Shown here in pieces: positions 39,202 through 53,280 of a stretch of DNA of 64,000 nucleotides; position 1 is the first letter of the stretch; each line of letters opens with the position of its first letter. The notes under the pieces are model-generated. The model had not been told where the DNA came from, ran no database searches, and saw nothing but the letters and a program-made list of their open reading frames with translations. The DNA is from Octopus sinensis. Lineage: Eukaryota. The position numbers and the translations under genes were made by a program. The stretch spans positions 173,476,001 through 173,540,000 of the forward strand of contig NC_042999.1 in the NCBI RefSeq assembly GCF_006345805.1, in the 5' to 3' direction.

Positions 39202-39879
39202 GCTGCATAGGCTTATGCATGCTTGTGTATATATTTCGACAATATATCTCATAGAAACTCAATGGCATGGCTTTAAAAGACAAGGGAAAGATGTTTTTTA
39301 AAGAACGCTCGTTCTGATATTTATTCGGCACCAGGTTACACAAAAATGTTTAACATACCCATCATGAAGGTAGTCAGTGTGTTAATAATTAAGGCATTGA
39401 AAATCATTTGCCACTAATTGTTATAAAAAGTACGTTCCAGAGACTTTAAGTTATCTACTTATTCCAGTATGTATCGTCTTGCTTCAATTCTTTGAGGACA
39501 TCATGTCCTTCCATCTGATTTTTCCAGAATATTGTTATTTTTGTTGTGGGTGCTTATTACTGTTAATTCTGTTTTTCAAATGCTGTTCTAACTACTCGAA
39601 ATTCCTTACTTGGTTATCTCCGCAGCAAACATAGGCTCTAATTGTATACCCTAACTACTAAGGAATTCATATCTTGAGAATAATCAAGAATTATTGAGAA
39701 TATTTGAATTGAAATTTTCACGTGACGATTATAATTATGCTACATGAGTAGCTCAAAGAAATAAAAAAATTATATGAAGCAGCATATTTTGAATACTTAT
39801 GGTGGAGATTATAATTAGCTGAACGAATCACACATTATTACACACGCATAATTTGAAAACTTTGATTGCTGTAAATACG

Positions 39880-39884
39880 CATGC

Positions 39885-39965
<81 letters not shown>

Positions 39966-40173
39966 ATATATATATATATATATACATATATAAATATGTA
40001 TATACATATATATATATAACTATGCATATATATATATGTATACATACACACACACATATATATATATACATACATACATACATACATACACATACGTATA
40101 ACGTCACACGAAATATCTAGTTATAGATAGCTAATTTGAAACATGTTTGTTTGAGTGTACGCACACATATGTA

Positions 40174-40214
<41 letters not shown>

Positions 40215-40350
40215 CATATATATGCACGTGTGTGTGTATACCTATATATATCTGTATGTAGTATGTATATATATACATACAGATATATATGGTGTATACA
40301 TATATCTGTGTGTATATACATATATATGTATATATACATATATATTATGG
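39880..40350. repeat. Compound (TA)/(CA)/(CATA) microsatellite field
   Basis: Direct reading. Confidence 0.9.
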
Positions 40351-41371
40351 TGCTTCACTAGGAATGATCCTGTAAAAGATTTCCCTGATAATGAATATAG
40401 CCTGAAGCAACGACATAATTACTTCTCTACTACGTCAGGGAATCATTCATTCTAAACAGTGAACAAAACGTTTAAAAAAAGTATTAAAAATGCCGAATAA
40501 GTTAAATATTTTTCATGGTAAGCCATTTTCTGTTATCTGTCTATGAAAGAATTAATCTAGTTATTGTTATTAATATGACGAAGATTGAAATCTTGGAAGA
40601 AATGTCTTTAGATCCATATTTGTAACATTTCGTTATATAATATAATTATTTTCGCATTCCAGTTACTCAATTTAGATTTAATTAAGGTGGAAGCTCTAAA
40701 ATACATAAATATCGATTTTCAGTCGTATTACATCCCTGATCAGATCGTCTTTCGCTTGCGTTTGTCATAGACGGTTGATCGTAGCCTCTAGTTTTGAGTA
40801 AAGGAAATTAATCTACTATTACACCATATGTAGAATTTTTCAAAATTTGCTGAAGTTTAAATAATATAAAACTATATAGTTAGCAATATCGGCTTTTATT
40901 ATTTTTGCGTTACAGTTTACTGTCAGAAGATTCTGGACTAAGTAAATAAACTAAATTAGAAGGTTTGTAGCACATAGGTTATACACTAAAGAAGTTGTGT
41001 GCTTTGAAAAGCACAACACTTAACCTTCACTTTCTCTTTTTAATGCGTTTTTCTCTCTCACTCTCTGTTTCTGTCTGCTTGTAGTCTGTTCATTCCCCAC
41101 ATACATTATATCTCTATTATAATTCTGCTAGTTTATTTCGTTCACTGGTTACGTTTTAGCTTGCTCGAAAAAAGTGGAGTGCGTGTGAGAAGGAGGGGAG
41201 AATGTAAGAGAGAAAATGCGTGAGAGTGAGAGAGAAGGAGGTGGAATGAATAACATGGCCACAGTCACTAACTACGTTGTTAGTGGTTAGTGAAAGTGAG
41301 AGAAGAGAAAGAGAAGCTTGACGAATTAAAGAGGCGTATTTACATTGTCAGAACGTTTGTTGAAGAGGTAG

Positions 41372-41408
<37 letters not shown>

Positions 41409-41474
41409 AAAAGAGGAGACCGAGAGAAGAGAGCGAGAAGGGAGAAGCTCTCTTCTCTCTTCAGAAAGAAAGAG

Positions 41475-41505
<31 letters not shown>

Positions 41506-41725
41506 AAATAAGAAAGAAAGAAAAAAAAAAAGAAAGAAAGGAAGAAAAAAGAAAGAGAGATAGAAAGAAAATATATAAGGTGTTTAGCAAAGGGTAATCT
41601 TAAAACCATATGATATATCGTTGTGACTGGAAGTGAAATAATTTAGCAAATTCTTAAATTTGAATGGGATTGAAACTAACCATGTAAATAAAACCATTGT
41701 GTATATTCTCTATATATTTGTTCAA

Positions 41726-42100
41726 TACTCTTTACTCTCTTTTACTCTTTTACTTGTTTCAGTTATTTGACTGTCGCCATGCTGGAGCACCGCCTTTAGT
41801 CGAACAAATCAAACTCAGGACTTATTCTTTGTAAGCCTAGTACTTATTCTATCGATTAACAGCATCGGTTGTCAAGCGATGTTGGGTGGGGGGACAGACA
41901 CAGACACACAAACATATACACATACATATATATATATACGACGGGCTTCTTTCAGTTTCCGCCTACCAATCCACTCACAAGGCTTTGGTCGGCCCGAGGC
42001 TATAGTAGAAGATACTTGCCCAAGTGCCAGGCAGTGGGACTGAACCCGGAACCATGTGGTTGGTAAGCAAGCTACTTACCCCACAGCCACTCCTACGCCT
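41726..42100 (-). mobile_element. Full-length SINE family A
   Basis: Tail (tactcttt)n through head cacagccactcctacgcc. Confidence 0.9.
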
Positions 42101-43107
42101 TGTGTACAGTGTAAAGTAATTATGATAAAATATTGCGTAATAATGAATATGCACTTATATACTGATCTTGCAGTTTCAATAGACTTAAATACTAATGAAT
42201 AACATGTGTATTAATCTTTGTATAGATTATTATTGTATATTATTCTATCATTTACTGCACAGGCAACAGTAAGATTTATATGCAACATAAATGCAAATCA
42301 TCCTTTCTTTCTTAAATAGTTTCTCTTAATTTTTTTCGTTCTGTGAGATTTCCACTGGTCCCGTTAGTAATTTTCAATCAAAACTGAAACAAATCAGTTT
42401 GCGTGACTCCAGTTTTCTAAGTACCACGAACTTCAGGCAAAACAGTTACAACTCGTGAATGATAGCGTATACATACCCATTGCTGAGTATCGTCTAGTGG
42501 TTGTGTTTGTTCATTGCTTAGTTTTTTCTTCATGTTTTTCATTGGATGTCGTGTCACTTCTGTAATAGTGTGTTTGTATTTCTAGTAACTGTATGTAGGG
42601 GTTTTATTAATTTCTTTATGGTTTCCTCGGGGATTAGTGGCAGCAGGTTTCATTTATATTTATTTTCCTGTTTTCTAAGTTTGTATGTTTGTATAAGATT
42701 TTTTTTTATCGAATACTTTGGAACGCGTTCATTAATAAAAGAAATTAGGGTTATGTCCGTAAGCTATATCTCTAATTAATCATGATTTACATGGCTGAGT
42801 AAACGGCCAAATGAGTGTTTGGATTCTGGAATATGCTGTAATGAACATGCATTTTTTATTTGTGTTTATACAATGTGCGCATGTGTGTGAGGTCAGATTC
42901 TAAGTGCAAAAATGAAATGTGTAGGAGGTGGTAATGGCAATGACTTTGATGACGGGCGAGGCCAGATAGAATTATAATGAATGGCGATTTTATGGTTCAA
43001 TTAGTGTATAGCATGCACACACACACACACATCTATAAATATATACACGCATATATGTGCATACACATAATCTAAACGTACACACACACATATACATGCA
43101 CACATAT

Positions 43108-43325
43108 ATGTGCGTGTGTGCATGTGTGCGTGTGTGCATGTGTGCGTGTGTGCATGTGTGCGTGTGTGCATGTGTGCGTGTGTGCATGTGTGCGTGTGTG
43201 CATGTGTGCGTGTGTGCATGTGTGCGTGTGTGCATGTGTGCGTGTGTGCATGTGTGCGTGTGTGCATGTGTGCGTGTGTGCATGTGTGCGTGTGTGCATG
43301 TGTGCGTGTGTGCATGTGTGCGTGG
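43108..43325. repeat. 16-bp minisatellite (gtgtgcatgtgtgcgt)n, about 13-14 copies
   Basis: Direct reading; alternating 8-mers. Confidence 0.9.
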
Positions 43326-43429
43326 GTATGCGTGTAGAAGGTTGAAAAGGAACATACGAGTTGATATGCTTAAGGAAAATAAAACAAGGTAGAAAATGCT
43401 AAATTAATTTTATCATGAAGAACATTTTA

Positions 43430-46320
43430 GTACCGGTTTCAGGTTTTGCGACTTTTTAACTTAGAATAAAGCCTGAAAATCAATTAAATTGCAAAAAGAA
43501 AAATAGATGAAATATTTTTTTAAATATTTCAATAGTTTTCCAATGAAAGGGATATTTTCCTTTTTTTCTGTTTTTCTCTGTCTCATGTGAGGTGTTGGCA
43601 GCAAGTACCAGGTAGCAGCAGTCCTAATATTTGATATGAGTTATTGCTTTTGATTCTTTAAGCAGCTGTAGTAGCTGAGAAAGGAGGCGAAGAAGAAGAA
43701 GAAGAAGAAGAAGAAGAAGAAGAAGAAGAAGAAGAAGAAGAAGAAGAAGAAGAAGAAGAAGAAGAAGAAGAAGAAGAAGAAGAGAAGAAGAAGAAGAAGA
43801 AGAAGAAGAAGAAGAAGAAGAAGAAGAAGAAGAAGAAGAAGAAGAAGAAGAAGAAGAAAAGTAGGAAAAGAGGCGAAAGAATAATAAAAATGCGGGAGTG
43901 CTATGACAGTAGTAGGACGTTGGTGGAATCCTCTTAAATAGTCAAGTCACCGAAAAGTGACCCGGTGTAGTTGTAGTAGTAGTTATTGGAACTGTTCTGA
44001 ATTAATTCATGGGTAGTAGCTCTTCTGAGTATATCGTTTTTAATATTTGCGTGGGCATTATACTAAGGCCCTTGTTATAGTGTCATCTTTGGTGGACGCA
44101 TTCAAAAGGAGTCTATATTTTGTGATAAAATATGACTCTTTACTAATGCGCTGACTGCACATTGTATCGTTCCTGAATTTATAGAGGGGAAATTTTTGAA
44201 GCTGGGTTGTTTGTTAGTGGCAGAAATGTTGATGTGTTCGCTGAATACTATTTTTCTGTATTCCCGAATTTTGATCATGGATCTATGTAGAGCCATCCTT
44301 TGACGTAGAGGGTTTTTGGTTTGGCCTATATATTACGCTCGACACCCACAGCAAGTTAATACATACATTAGGTTCTCCGAAGCACATTTGAAGTTGGTTT
44401 TTACTGTAAAATGTCGACGCTGTTTGAAAGAGAACTCTGATTCCTCTATTAGGTTGACGCATATACCATAGTTAGTTCTTCCGCATGTTTTCACTGACGG
44501 CTTCAGAGTTGTTGTCGAGCGTAGTTGGGCTTGTGTTATGAGAATTTTCATAGATTTGGGTTGCCTTTTGCTCTTTATGTTAGTGTGCGTTTGGCGTATT
44601 GAATTCATTCTGTGGTCCCTTTTTAGTAGGGGAATTTTCGGGTGGATGGTGTCAAAGGCTTTATTGTTAAGAGTGTTGTGTGTGGAGATGTATGGTAGGG
44701 CTTTTGGATGTAAATCCTTCTTTAATTTGGGATGCCTAAGTTCGTGAATGTTGAGCTGTAGGGCATTTTGAAAGCCTATATCAGTTAGTGATGATCGGTA
44801 CTTCCTGGTAATGTATACTCTTTACTCTTTTACTCTTTTACTTGTTTCAGTCATTTGACTGCGGCCATGCTGGAGCACCACCTTTTAGTACTTATTCTAT
44901 CGGTCTCTTTTTGCCGAACCGCTAAGTAACGGGGACCTAAACACACCAGCATCGGTTGTCAAGCAATGCTAGGGGGACAAACACAGACACACAAACACAC
45001 GCATACATATATATATACATATATACGACAGGCTTCTTTCAGTTTCCGTCTACCAAATCCACTCACAAGGCATTGGTCGGCCCGGGGCTATAGCAGAAGA
45101 CACTTTCCCAAGATGCCACGCAGTGGGACTGAACCCGCAACCGTGTGGTTGGTTAGTATCCTTTAGTTCATGTAGTCGTGTGTCCCTGATGCTTGTATTA
45201 GAAACTATAGTACAAATCCTTTTTGCTAGGTTGAAAGGGATATTCATTCCAGTGAATGGCATGAGTTGAACGGTAGATATTGCTTGGAGTCCGTTGGCTT
45301 ATAGTATATATGTATTTCTATATCGTTATTAGATTTCTTAATGAAGATGTTGAGGAATGGAAGTTGTTGATGGCTATATTCCAACGTAAATTGATTGTTT
45401 TCATGAAGTCCATTTATAAGTGCTTGAAATTCTATAAGTCTTTCTATACTTTCATGCCAAAGAATGAAACAGTCATCCAGATACCTCTTCCAGTTACTTC
45501 CTATGTAGAGGGTTAATGGGATACCGTATTTTTCTAGTATCTTACGATAAAGACTGATTTCTAGATATCCCCTGACTAGGTTAGCAAAGGAGGAGCCGTC
45601 CTCGTACCCATCGCAGTCCCCAATTTTGCCGACAGATGTCTCTCAAGTCAACGTAGTTATTGTGCAAGATGTATTTTAGCCCTTCTATAACGAATTATTT
45701 TTGATGCAATTTTTCCCCTCCATAAATTCAGAGACGATGCAACCTGTAGTCAGCGCATTAGTAAAGAGTCATATTTTATCACAAATTATAAACCCGTTTT
45801 GAATGCATCCATCACAAATAACACTAGTACAAGGGCCTTAGAAATATAGCCACGCAAATATTAAAAACGATATATTCAGAAAAGTCTCTACCCATGAATT
45901 AATTCAGAAAATTCCAATCACTACTATTACAACCACACCGCGTCACTTTTCGGTCACTTGACCGTTTAAGAGGATTCCACCAACATCCTACTACTGTCAT
46001 AGCACTCACGCATTTTTATTATTCTGTCTCCTCTTTTCCTACTTTTCCCTTTCTTCTTCTTCTTCTTCTTCTTCTTCTTCTTCTTCTTCTTCTTCTTCTT
46101 CTTCTCTTCTTCTTCTTCTTTGTTTCCGCCGCCGCCTCCTTTCTCAGCTACTACAGCTGCTTAAGGAATCAAAAACCAAGAACACATATCAAACATTAGG
46201 TACTACCTGGTACCTTCCACAAAGACCTCACACGGGACCGAGAAAGACAGAAAAAAGGAAAATGTCCTTTGCATTTGAAAAATTTAGAAATAATTTTAAA
46301 AGATTTCATTTAATTTTTCG
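43430..46320 (-). mobile_element. 5'-truncated Penelope-like element (RT and GIY-YIG) with an inverted copy of its 3' end at the truncation point
   Basis: Minus translation GTAMGTR..FANL, WKRYLDDCF, YKPTDSKQYL, NLMYVLTC..YIGQTKNPLRQRM. Arms ~43497-44200 and ~45708-46320 are diverged inverted repeats, each with a (GAA)/(TTC) tract. Confidence 0.85.
44816..45158 (-). mobile_element. SINE family A inserted in the Penelope ORF
   Basis: Family A body interrupts the ORF between HELKDT and ITRKY. Confidence 0.9.
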
Positions 46321-46845
46321 ACAAAAGCATAGGGACAGTCGATACTACTTATTTTGATTATTATATTAAAAGGAGAAGACCTCGAAAACTACTGAAATAA
46401 GTATTAGAAAGTAGGGGTGAAAATCAAATTTAGAGAAGAGGAAAAGGCCTTCACTAAAATTTAGCAAATATATGATATTATAGCAAAAAATATATTAAAT
46501 ATATAGGTGAATGATAAAATTATACGTAAACTTTTAATAAAGAGATACTTTAATATATAAGAGAAATAATAAAAGTTTGTGTAAACGTGGTATATAAAAT
46601 ATTCTGGAATAAAAAATATATATAGAATTTATAACGGAATTACTTGATATAAATAGAACTTATCATATAAAGTGAACTGATATTATAAACATTCCACTTG
46701 AGTACGGGCGAACAACGATAGGACATAATAAAAAATAAGATCACACGTATAGAGTAAATAAATTGGAGATATTTAAATTATATAAAGGAATACATTTAGA
46801 TTCAAAATTTTAAAATTTGGGCCCACAATCAAATAATGAATATAG

Positions 46846-47065
46846 TACTCTTCTACTCTTTTACTTGTTTCAGTCATGTGACTGTGGCTAAGCTGGAGTA
46901 CCGCCTTTAGCGCAGAAGTGACTGTGTGATAACCAGCCACATGGTCCCGAGTTCAGTCCCACTGTGTGGCACCTTGGGCAAGTGTCTTTTCCTACAGCCT
47001 CGGGCCGACCAAAGCTTTGTGAGTGGGTTTGGTAGACGGAAAGTGAAGGAAACCCGTCATGTATT

Positions 47066-47116
<51 letters not shown>

Positions 47117-47240
47117 GTGAGTTTGTGTGTGTGTGTGTTTGTGTCTGTGTATGTCCTCCCTAACATCGATAACCGATGCTGGTTTGCTTGCGTCCCTGTA
47201 ACTTACCAGTTCAGCAGAAGACACTGATAGAATAAGTACC
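46846..47240. mobile_element. Rearranged family A SINE: minus-strand tail fused to a plus-strand head and body
   Basis: 46846-46910 is the reverse-complement tail; 46911-47240 runs from the head to aataagtacc; the junction is ccgcctttag|cgcagaag. Confidence 0.8.
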
Positions 47241-47249
47241 GAGGATAGC

Positions 47250-47720
47250 TGCCATAATCGTTTATGCATGATCGTGCCTGGATTATAATTTCCTATTTTA
47301 TGTTTGCGGTAATGTTACAACATCTCTGTCCTAATATCTCTCAGATATTGCGTTTCTTTTATATATGGTCCGGGATGCGTGTGCACGTTTTATGTATTTG
47401 TCGTTAAAGTTTCCATCTGTAGCACAGATCTAGTACTATTAGTTTTGTCTTTCCTTTGTAACTTGTTTTATCGACTGCTAATTTGTATGTAATTTCCGTA
47501 ACGTGCATTTCCTAGATCTTATGCTGTTGAACCTTTTTTTTTCTGCTCTGTGTTGATTATTTGCAGATGTGCTGTTATTTAGTGATTGTATGATGCATAT
47601 CATGTCTTCTTGTGCAACTGTAGCTGACTTTTAAATTGTTTCTACTGAATATTTTACGGTATTTGTCTTCAGTTGGGAAATACTAATAAATTTTAGGAAG
47701 CTGTTTGCTACATTTAGACT
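47250..47720 (-). mobile_element. Decayed Penelope-like C-terminal fragment
   Basis: YFPTEDKYRKIFSRNNLKVSYSCT and ITYKLAVDKTSYKGKT (degenerate GIY-YIG). Confidence 0.6.
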
Positions 47721-49348
47721 GGAGAGAGGGTTGAATCAGATGATGTTTCTTTTCCTACTTTGTATGTTTTCTGAATCTTTGCATTTTTTGTTATATATAG
47801 CTTATAACGTATATCATATGTACAATATGGGAGTGTGTGCGTGTGTGTATGAAGTGTGTGTGATTCTGTAAATATAGTTGGGCAGTCAATTAGAGTAATT
47901 AAGATACACATCTGTCAATTTAGCACGCCTTATCCTTTTAACCATCAGAAAATCAATCAGCAGTGATGTTTATTCTGTTCTCTAAGCCATATGTAGTATA
48001 AGAGAATTGAAATTAAACAAGCGATTTTATGATTCTAATTAACTTGAGTTTAATTCATGATATTTATACTAATACTGTTTCCTACCCTGTTATGAATACG
48101 AGCTGGAAAGCTCACACAACACCCATAGGATACGAAATCAGAATATAGAGTATGAAAATTAAATACTCTGACGCACTATCCGAGAGTTTCTCCTGTATCA
48201 ATATGCTACTTTTCATAGCAGTATTTTTATCTAGATATAGATTGCCATAAATATACTGAATAAGTCCCAATATATCTCTATTAGTTATTTTATTAATCGA
48301 AATAGGATGAAACTTCAAAGTTCACTGTATATAATTTGAAATGTGAACTCACACAGTTGGAAAACATTTCTGTAAATAATATAGTCTGTTGCTTTATTTT
48401 TTTTATTTGTCCATCATACTAAGTTTACCTGTTAGTAATACATTTTCTTTACACTTGTGTCTAAATTGATATATATATACACACGTGACTCTGTATTTTA
48501 TAGTCAGTTCCACACATATGTGGTATATGCCTCGGTGAGTTACTCAGTTTCAACGTACGTGTAAAGCTAACATTCTAAAGTGGAAATCTATAAAAGAGTG
48601 ATCAATTTTATTATATTTTCAAAACATTACTGCTGTCTTAACGACAGTTTGTAAGTAGATAAACGAAGACAAATCGAAGTACAGAATTGGAGCACCGCTA
48701 AAAGGCATGCTATCAGCTTTGCTGCTTTCTATAAGATAGCAATCAAGTAACTCTGGTTTAATAATGAGGTTTCTCACTCCCCCAACCCGCTCTCTTTAGT
48801 TTTTCGTCTTGAATGTTTCAGATGATAAAACAACACAAACAGTTTTTGATGTCTTCGTCTTCCATTGACAATCAACGTTTGTTGACTTAAAATGATTGTC
48901 TCTTTCTCTGCTGTCTGATTTCCTTTATTCTATGAAAACTTTGATGTATTATATACGAAAAGCAACTGAACTACTGCCAGTTTTAGCCAATATTTGTACC
49001 CCAAACATCAGGTTTAACATTACATATTCATTATATCTAAAATTGGAGTCGTAAGTTAAGAATAAAACACAACAAAAAAAGGTAATGTGCAAGCCTAAAC
49101 AGATAAAAGCATTTATCTCTGTGGCACTATTTTCTAAGTTCATATACAGCCATATTTGACCTTCCATGTTGTACCTGAATCCAGTAAAATGTATCTTATA
49201 TCTATACTATATAAGATGCAGGTAGTTTAACCCGTTCCCCGCCGACTGCAATTCCAAAAGCCGCATTATTTGTGGGATAAACCACAGACACACACACACA
49301 TATATATATTTATATATATATATACACACATATATATATATATTATAT

Positions 49349-49396
<48 letters not shown>

Positions 49397-49420
49397 TATA
49401 TATATATATATATTTATATT

Positions 49421-49475
<55 letters not shown>

Positions 49476-49476
<1 letters not shown>

Positions 49477-49795
49477 AAGGAAATGAAGAAAATGCTGACA
49501 AAATGATTTAAGTAAGGGAGAGTGTATTTAATTAGGTGAAAGTTCTTTTTACCGGTTGCGCATTTGTTATGCTTATCAAAAGATATTTTTTAAGAGAGAT
49601 AGAGTTCCTTTCTGATAGATTTTTTTCTCTTATCTGATAAGAGAAAACAATCTATCAGAAAGGAACTCTATCTCTCTTAAAAAAATATCTTTTGATAAGC
49701 ATAACAAATGCGCAACCGGTAAAAAGAACTTTCACCTAATTAAATACACTCTCTCTTACTTAAATCATTTTGTCAGCATTTTCTTCATTTCCTTT
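49476..49795. repeat. Near-perfect 320-bp palindrome with 1-nt centre
   Basis: Centre ctcttatc-T-gataagag (49635); arms of about 159 bp differ by two substitutions and one indel; (TA)n on the left, TA-rich on the right. Confidence 0.95.
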
Positions 49796-49833
49796 TTTTA
49801 TATATCACAACTCGTGTTCCACATCTCCTTTTT

Positions 49834-49879
<46 letters not shown>

Positions 49880-49889
49880 CATGTATATA

Positions 49890-50047
49890 TACGATAGACT
49901 TTCAGTTTCTGTCTGCCAAATCCACTTACAAGGCTTTGATTCGCCCGAGGCTATTGTATAAAGCACTTACCCAAGGTGCTTGGCAATGGGACTGATCCCG
50001 GAACCATGTGGTTGGGAAGGAAGCTTTTTACTACACAGCTATGCCTA
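49890..50047 (-). mobile_element. SINE family A 5' half (diverged)
   Basis: ttcagtttctgtctgccaaatcc..gatcccggaaccatgtggttggg. Confidence 0.8.
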
Positions 50048-50582
50048 TTATGTACAAATATGATGAAGATAAATATATTTATTTCTATGCCTACTGTGGA
50101 AGCAATGTATGACTTGGAAATCGTTTAATGTAGTTAATAAGATGCCGATTAGTCGCGCTTCCCCGGTCGATAACGTAGAATATAATCAAAGAATGGCAGT
50201 TGAATTATCGGGTTAGACATTTCCCACCAATCTGTGTCCAAATGTCGTTAATGTTTGAAATCAGTATGATATTAATTAAAGCGACATGAAATTGAAAGCC
50301 AATTTTGGAATGCTGTTGTATTCTATATACTCTTGTGAGGTATGAAGAACTTAACATAAAGAAGTGTTGGAGAGAAAGAAAAGGGAGAAAAGTTGATAGA
50401 GAAATAGAGAAATATTTACAATACTACGTAGCATATTTTTGAGATTTCTATTACTGACATTGATACAACCTGTCAAACAACCACGGATAATCCATATTAC
50501 TCATCAATGTACTTTAAGTAGTAATCACGTATCATTCAAATCACACGTTAAAAGTATTAAATATATAAATATAAACGATACA

Positions 50583-50753
50583 GGCTTAGGAGTGGGTGTG
50601 TGGTAAGTAGCATGCTTAACAACCTCATGGTTCCGGGTTCAGTCCAACTGCGTGGCACCTTAGGCAAGGGTCTTCTACTATAGCCTCGGGCCGACCAAAT
50701 CTTTGTGAGTAGATTTGGTAGACGGAAACTGAAAGAAAACCGTCGTATATATG

Positions 50754-50794
<41 letters not shown>

Positions 50795-50815
50795 TGTGTG
50801 TGTGTGTGTGTGTGT

Positions 50816-50869
<54 letters not shown>

Positions 50870-51036
50870 GTGTGTCTGTGTTTGTCTCACCAAGGTGCTT
50901 CGCAACGGGACAGATCCCGGAACCATGTGTGCATGGCTTACAAAGAATACGTTATGGGGTCGATTTGTTCGACTGAAGACGGTGCTACAGCATGGCCACA
51001 GTCAAATGACTGAAACAAGTAATAGAGAGTAAAGAG
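50583..51036 (+). mobile_element. SINE family A with an internal segment replaced by an antisense head fragment
   Basis: Normal head and tail; 50889-50929 is antisense head sequence. Confidence 0.85.
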
Positions 51037-51342
51037 ATAAAGCGGCTCAAAAGAACGTGGAATCTTCAGGACAAGAGTGCATTTGATGACAGGCAGCTTA
51101 TCCTCAGGCTCAGCAACTATAGTGATACAATACCGTTAAATCTCATTTGTGTAAAAGCTGAACAAACCACCTAATTAACTTCATTGTCGCTACTGAAACA
51201 TTCTTCTACCCCCCACCCACCCTTTTGTCATATGTCTATTTTAATATTTTACAATTTATTTTCGATATCTTTCCTCCTCGTTCTCTTTATATACAATAAA
51301 TAATATATCTCTCTTTCTCTTTATATATATGCATGTATATAG

Positions 51343-51373
<31 letters not shown>

Positions 51374-51545
51374 AATATGTATATAATTACATCTTAGAAT
51401 CCTGGATATTTGTCTGTTTCTAGCGGGTGAAACGCTTTGTGTGAATGAGGTAAATTATCATAATAACAGTGATTTCTTTATTTGCTCCGAGGACTGAAAC
51501 ATAATATTGAACGATGTTACAAATAAGTTTACTGGACGTATTATG

Positions 51546-51645
<100 letters not shown>

Positions 51646-51815
51646 GTATGTATGCATGCATACCTGCACTCGCGTGTGTGTATTAAATAGTTGATCTCAA
51701 AGCATATAAAACACCTGAACGCACTGTCTACATACTATTATTTATAAGTTTACGTGCTTCAAAATTTCCCATTCCAAAGTTTATCAATTCTTATGCCAAC
51801 GATATATATACATAC

Positions 51816-51867
<52 letters not shown>

Positions 51868-51881
51868 CAGAGACAGAGAGA

Positions 51882-51956
<75 letters not shown>

Positions 51957-52009
51957 GTTTATATATTTGTTTGCAAGATTTTTGATGTGAAATCGTGTGT
52001 TGAAACATA

Positions 52010-52403
52010 TATTGTTGTATTTAGGAATGGTCGTTTTGCCAGTTTAGCCAATAAAAACACACACACTATATATTTGGTGTTACTTTGCTTCAGCGTTATT
52101 TATTTTTTACATTAATCTTAATGTTATTTCAGCCAGAGTTCTTTCGTCACACTCCTGTGACCGCATACAATAGGAATACAAAATACAAAATGGCTGACCA
52201 TTAGTAAGGAGAGACACACAAATAAGGAAGAAGAAAGCAAAGGACCACTGCTACGGTCACAGGAGTGGGACGAAAGAACTCTGGCCGAAATAAGATCAAG
52301 ATTAATGTAAAAAATAAATAACGCTGAAGCAAAGTAACACCAAATATATAGTGCGTATGTTTTATTGGCTAAACTGGCAAAATAACCATTCCTAAATACA
52401 ACA

Positions 52404-52406
<3 letters not shown>
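52010..52406. mobile_element. Tc1/mariner-type MITE, TIRs of about 152 bp, TA flanks
   Basis: ta-ttgttgtatttaggaatgg..ctcctgtgaccg / cggtcacaggag..ccattcctaaatacaacaa-ta; spacer 90 bp. Confidence 0.9.
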
Positions 52407-52475
<69 letters not shown>

Positions 52476-52977
52476 TATATGTGTGTGTATGTGTGTATGT
52501 GTGTGTATGTATATCAGTCAACCACGGTAGTGGTTGAATATATTCTTAAGTCCACCATTTCGTCAAATGCAGCAGCTTCTAAACTTCACCACTAATTCAT
52601 TTCTCAACTAAATTGCAAACTGTTAAAGAGGACACCTCCTCACCTACAGTTTGGCATAAATAGTTTGAGATTTGGTTTAGTAGAAAAAAGACTTACATCA
52701 AAATATCTGCGACCTCAAGTGGGGCAGTAAGGCATCTATTCATCTTCAATTAACATATTTTTTCTTCATTTTAAAATAAAAGTATACTTTTCTAAGACTT
52801 AAATGATAGAGAAATGTATGAGGAATTCAGAGTTGTAAGTAAAAAATTAGCAGAAGAAAAGTTATGGGGTGAAATACCATGAAACGTCGTGTAAGAGAGT
52901 AAGGAAGTAACGCTTAGCAATAAGAATAAATAAAGAATATATTGCTAAAATAAAGTTTTACGTCGTAATGCAGCAGT

Positions 52978-53280
52978 AACGTTAGCGCGCCGGGCTAAAT
53001 GTAATAATGGTTATTAAAGCGACGAGCCGGCAGAATCGTTAGCACGTCTTGCGAAATGCTTAGGGGTATTTCGTCTGCCGTTACGTTCTGTGTCCAAATT
53101 CCGCCGAGGTCGATTTTTCCTTTCATCCGTTCAGAGCCGATAAATTAAGTACCTGTTGAATACTGGGGTCGATGCAATCGACTATCCCCCTCTCCCAAAT
53201 TTCAGCCCTTGCATCTACCTGTGTTTAAATTTCGAGTTCAAATTCCTCCCAGGTCAACTTCGCTTTTTATCCATTTCGAA
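52978..53280 (+). mobile_element. Family B SINE nested in fragments of an older family B copy
   Basis: Intact copy from ~53018 (gcgacgagccggcagaatcg..); head fragment at ~52978 and body fragment at ~53230. Confidence 0.7.

Noticed and set aside
43108-43325. CRISPR-like array
   Set aside because: Contiguous 16-bp minisatellite with no spacers, in eukaryotic DNA.
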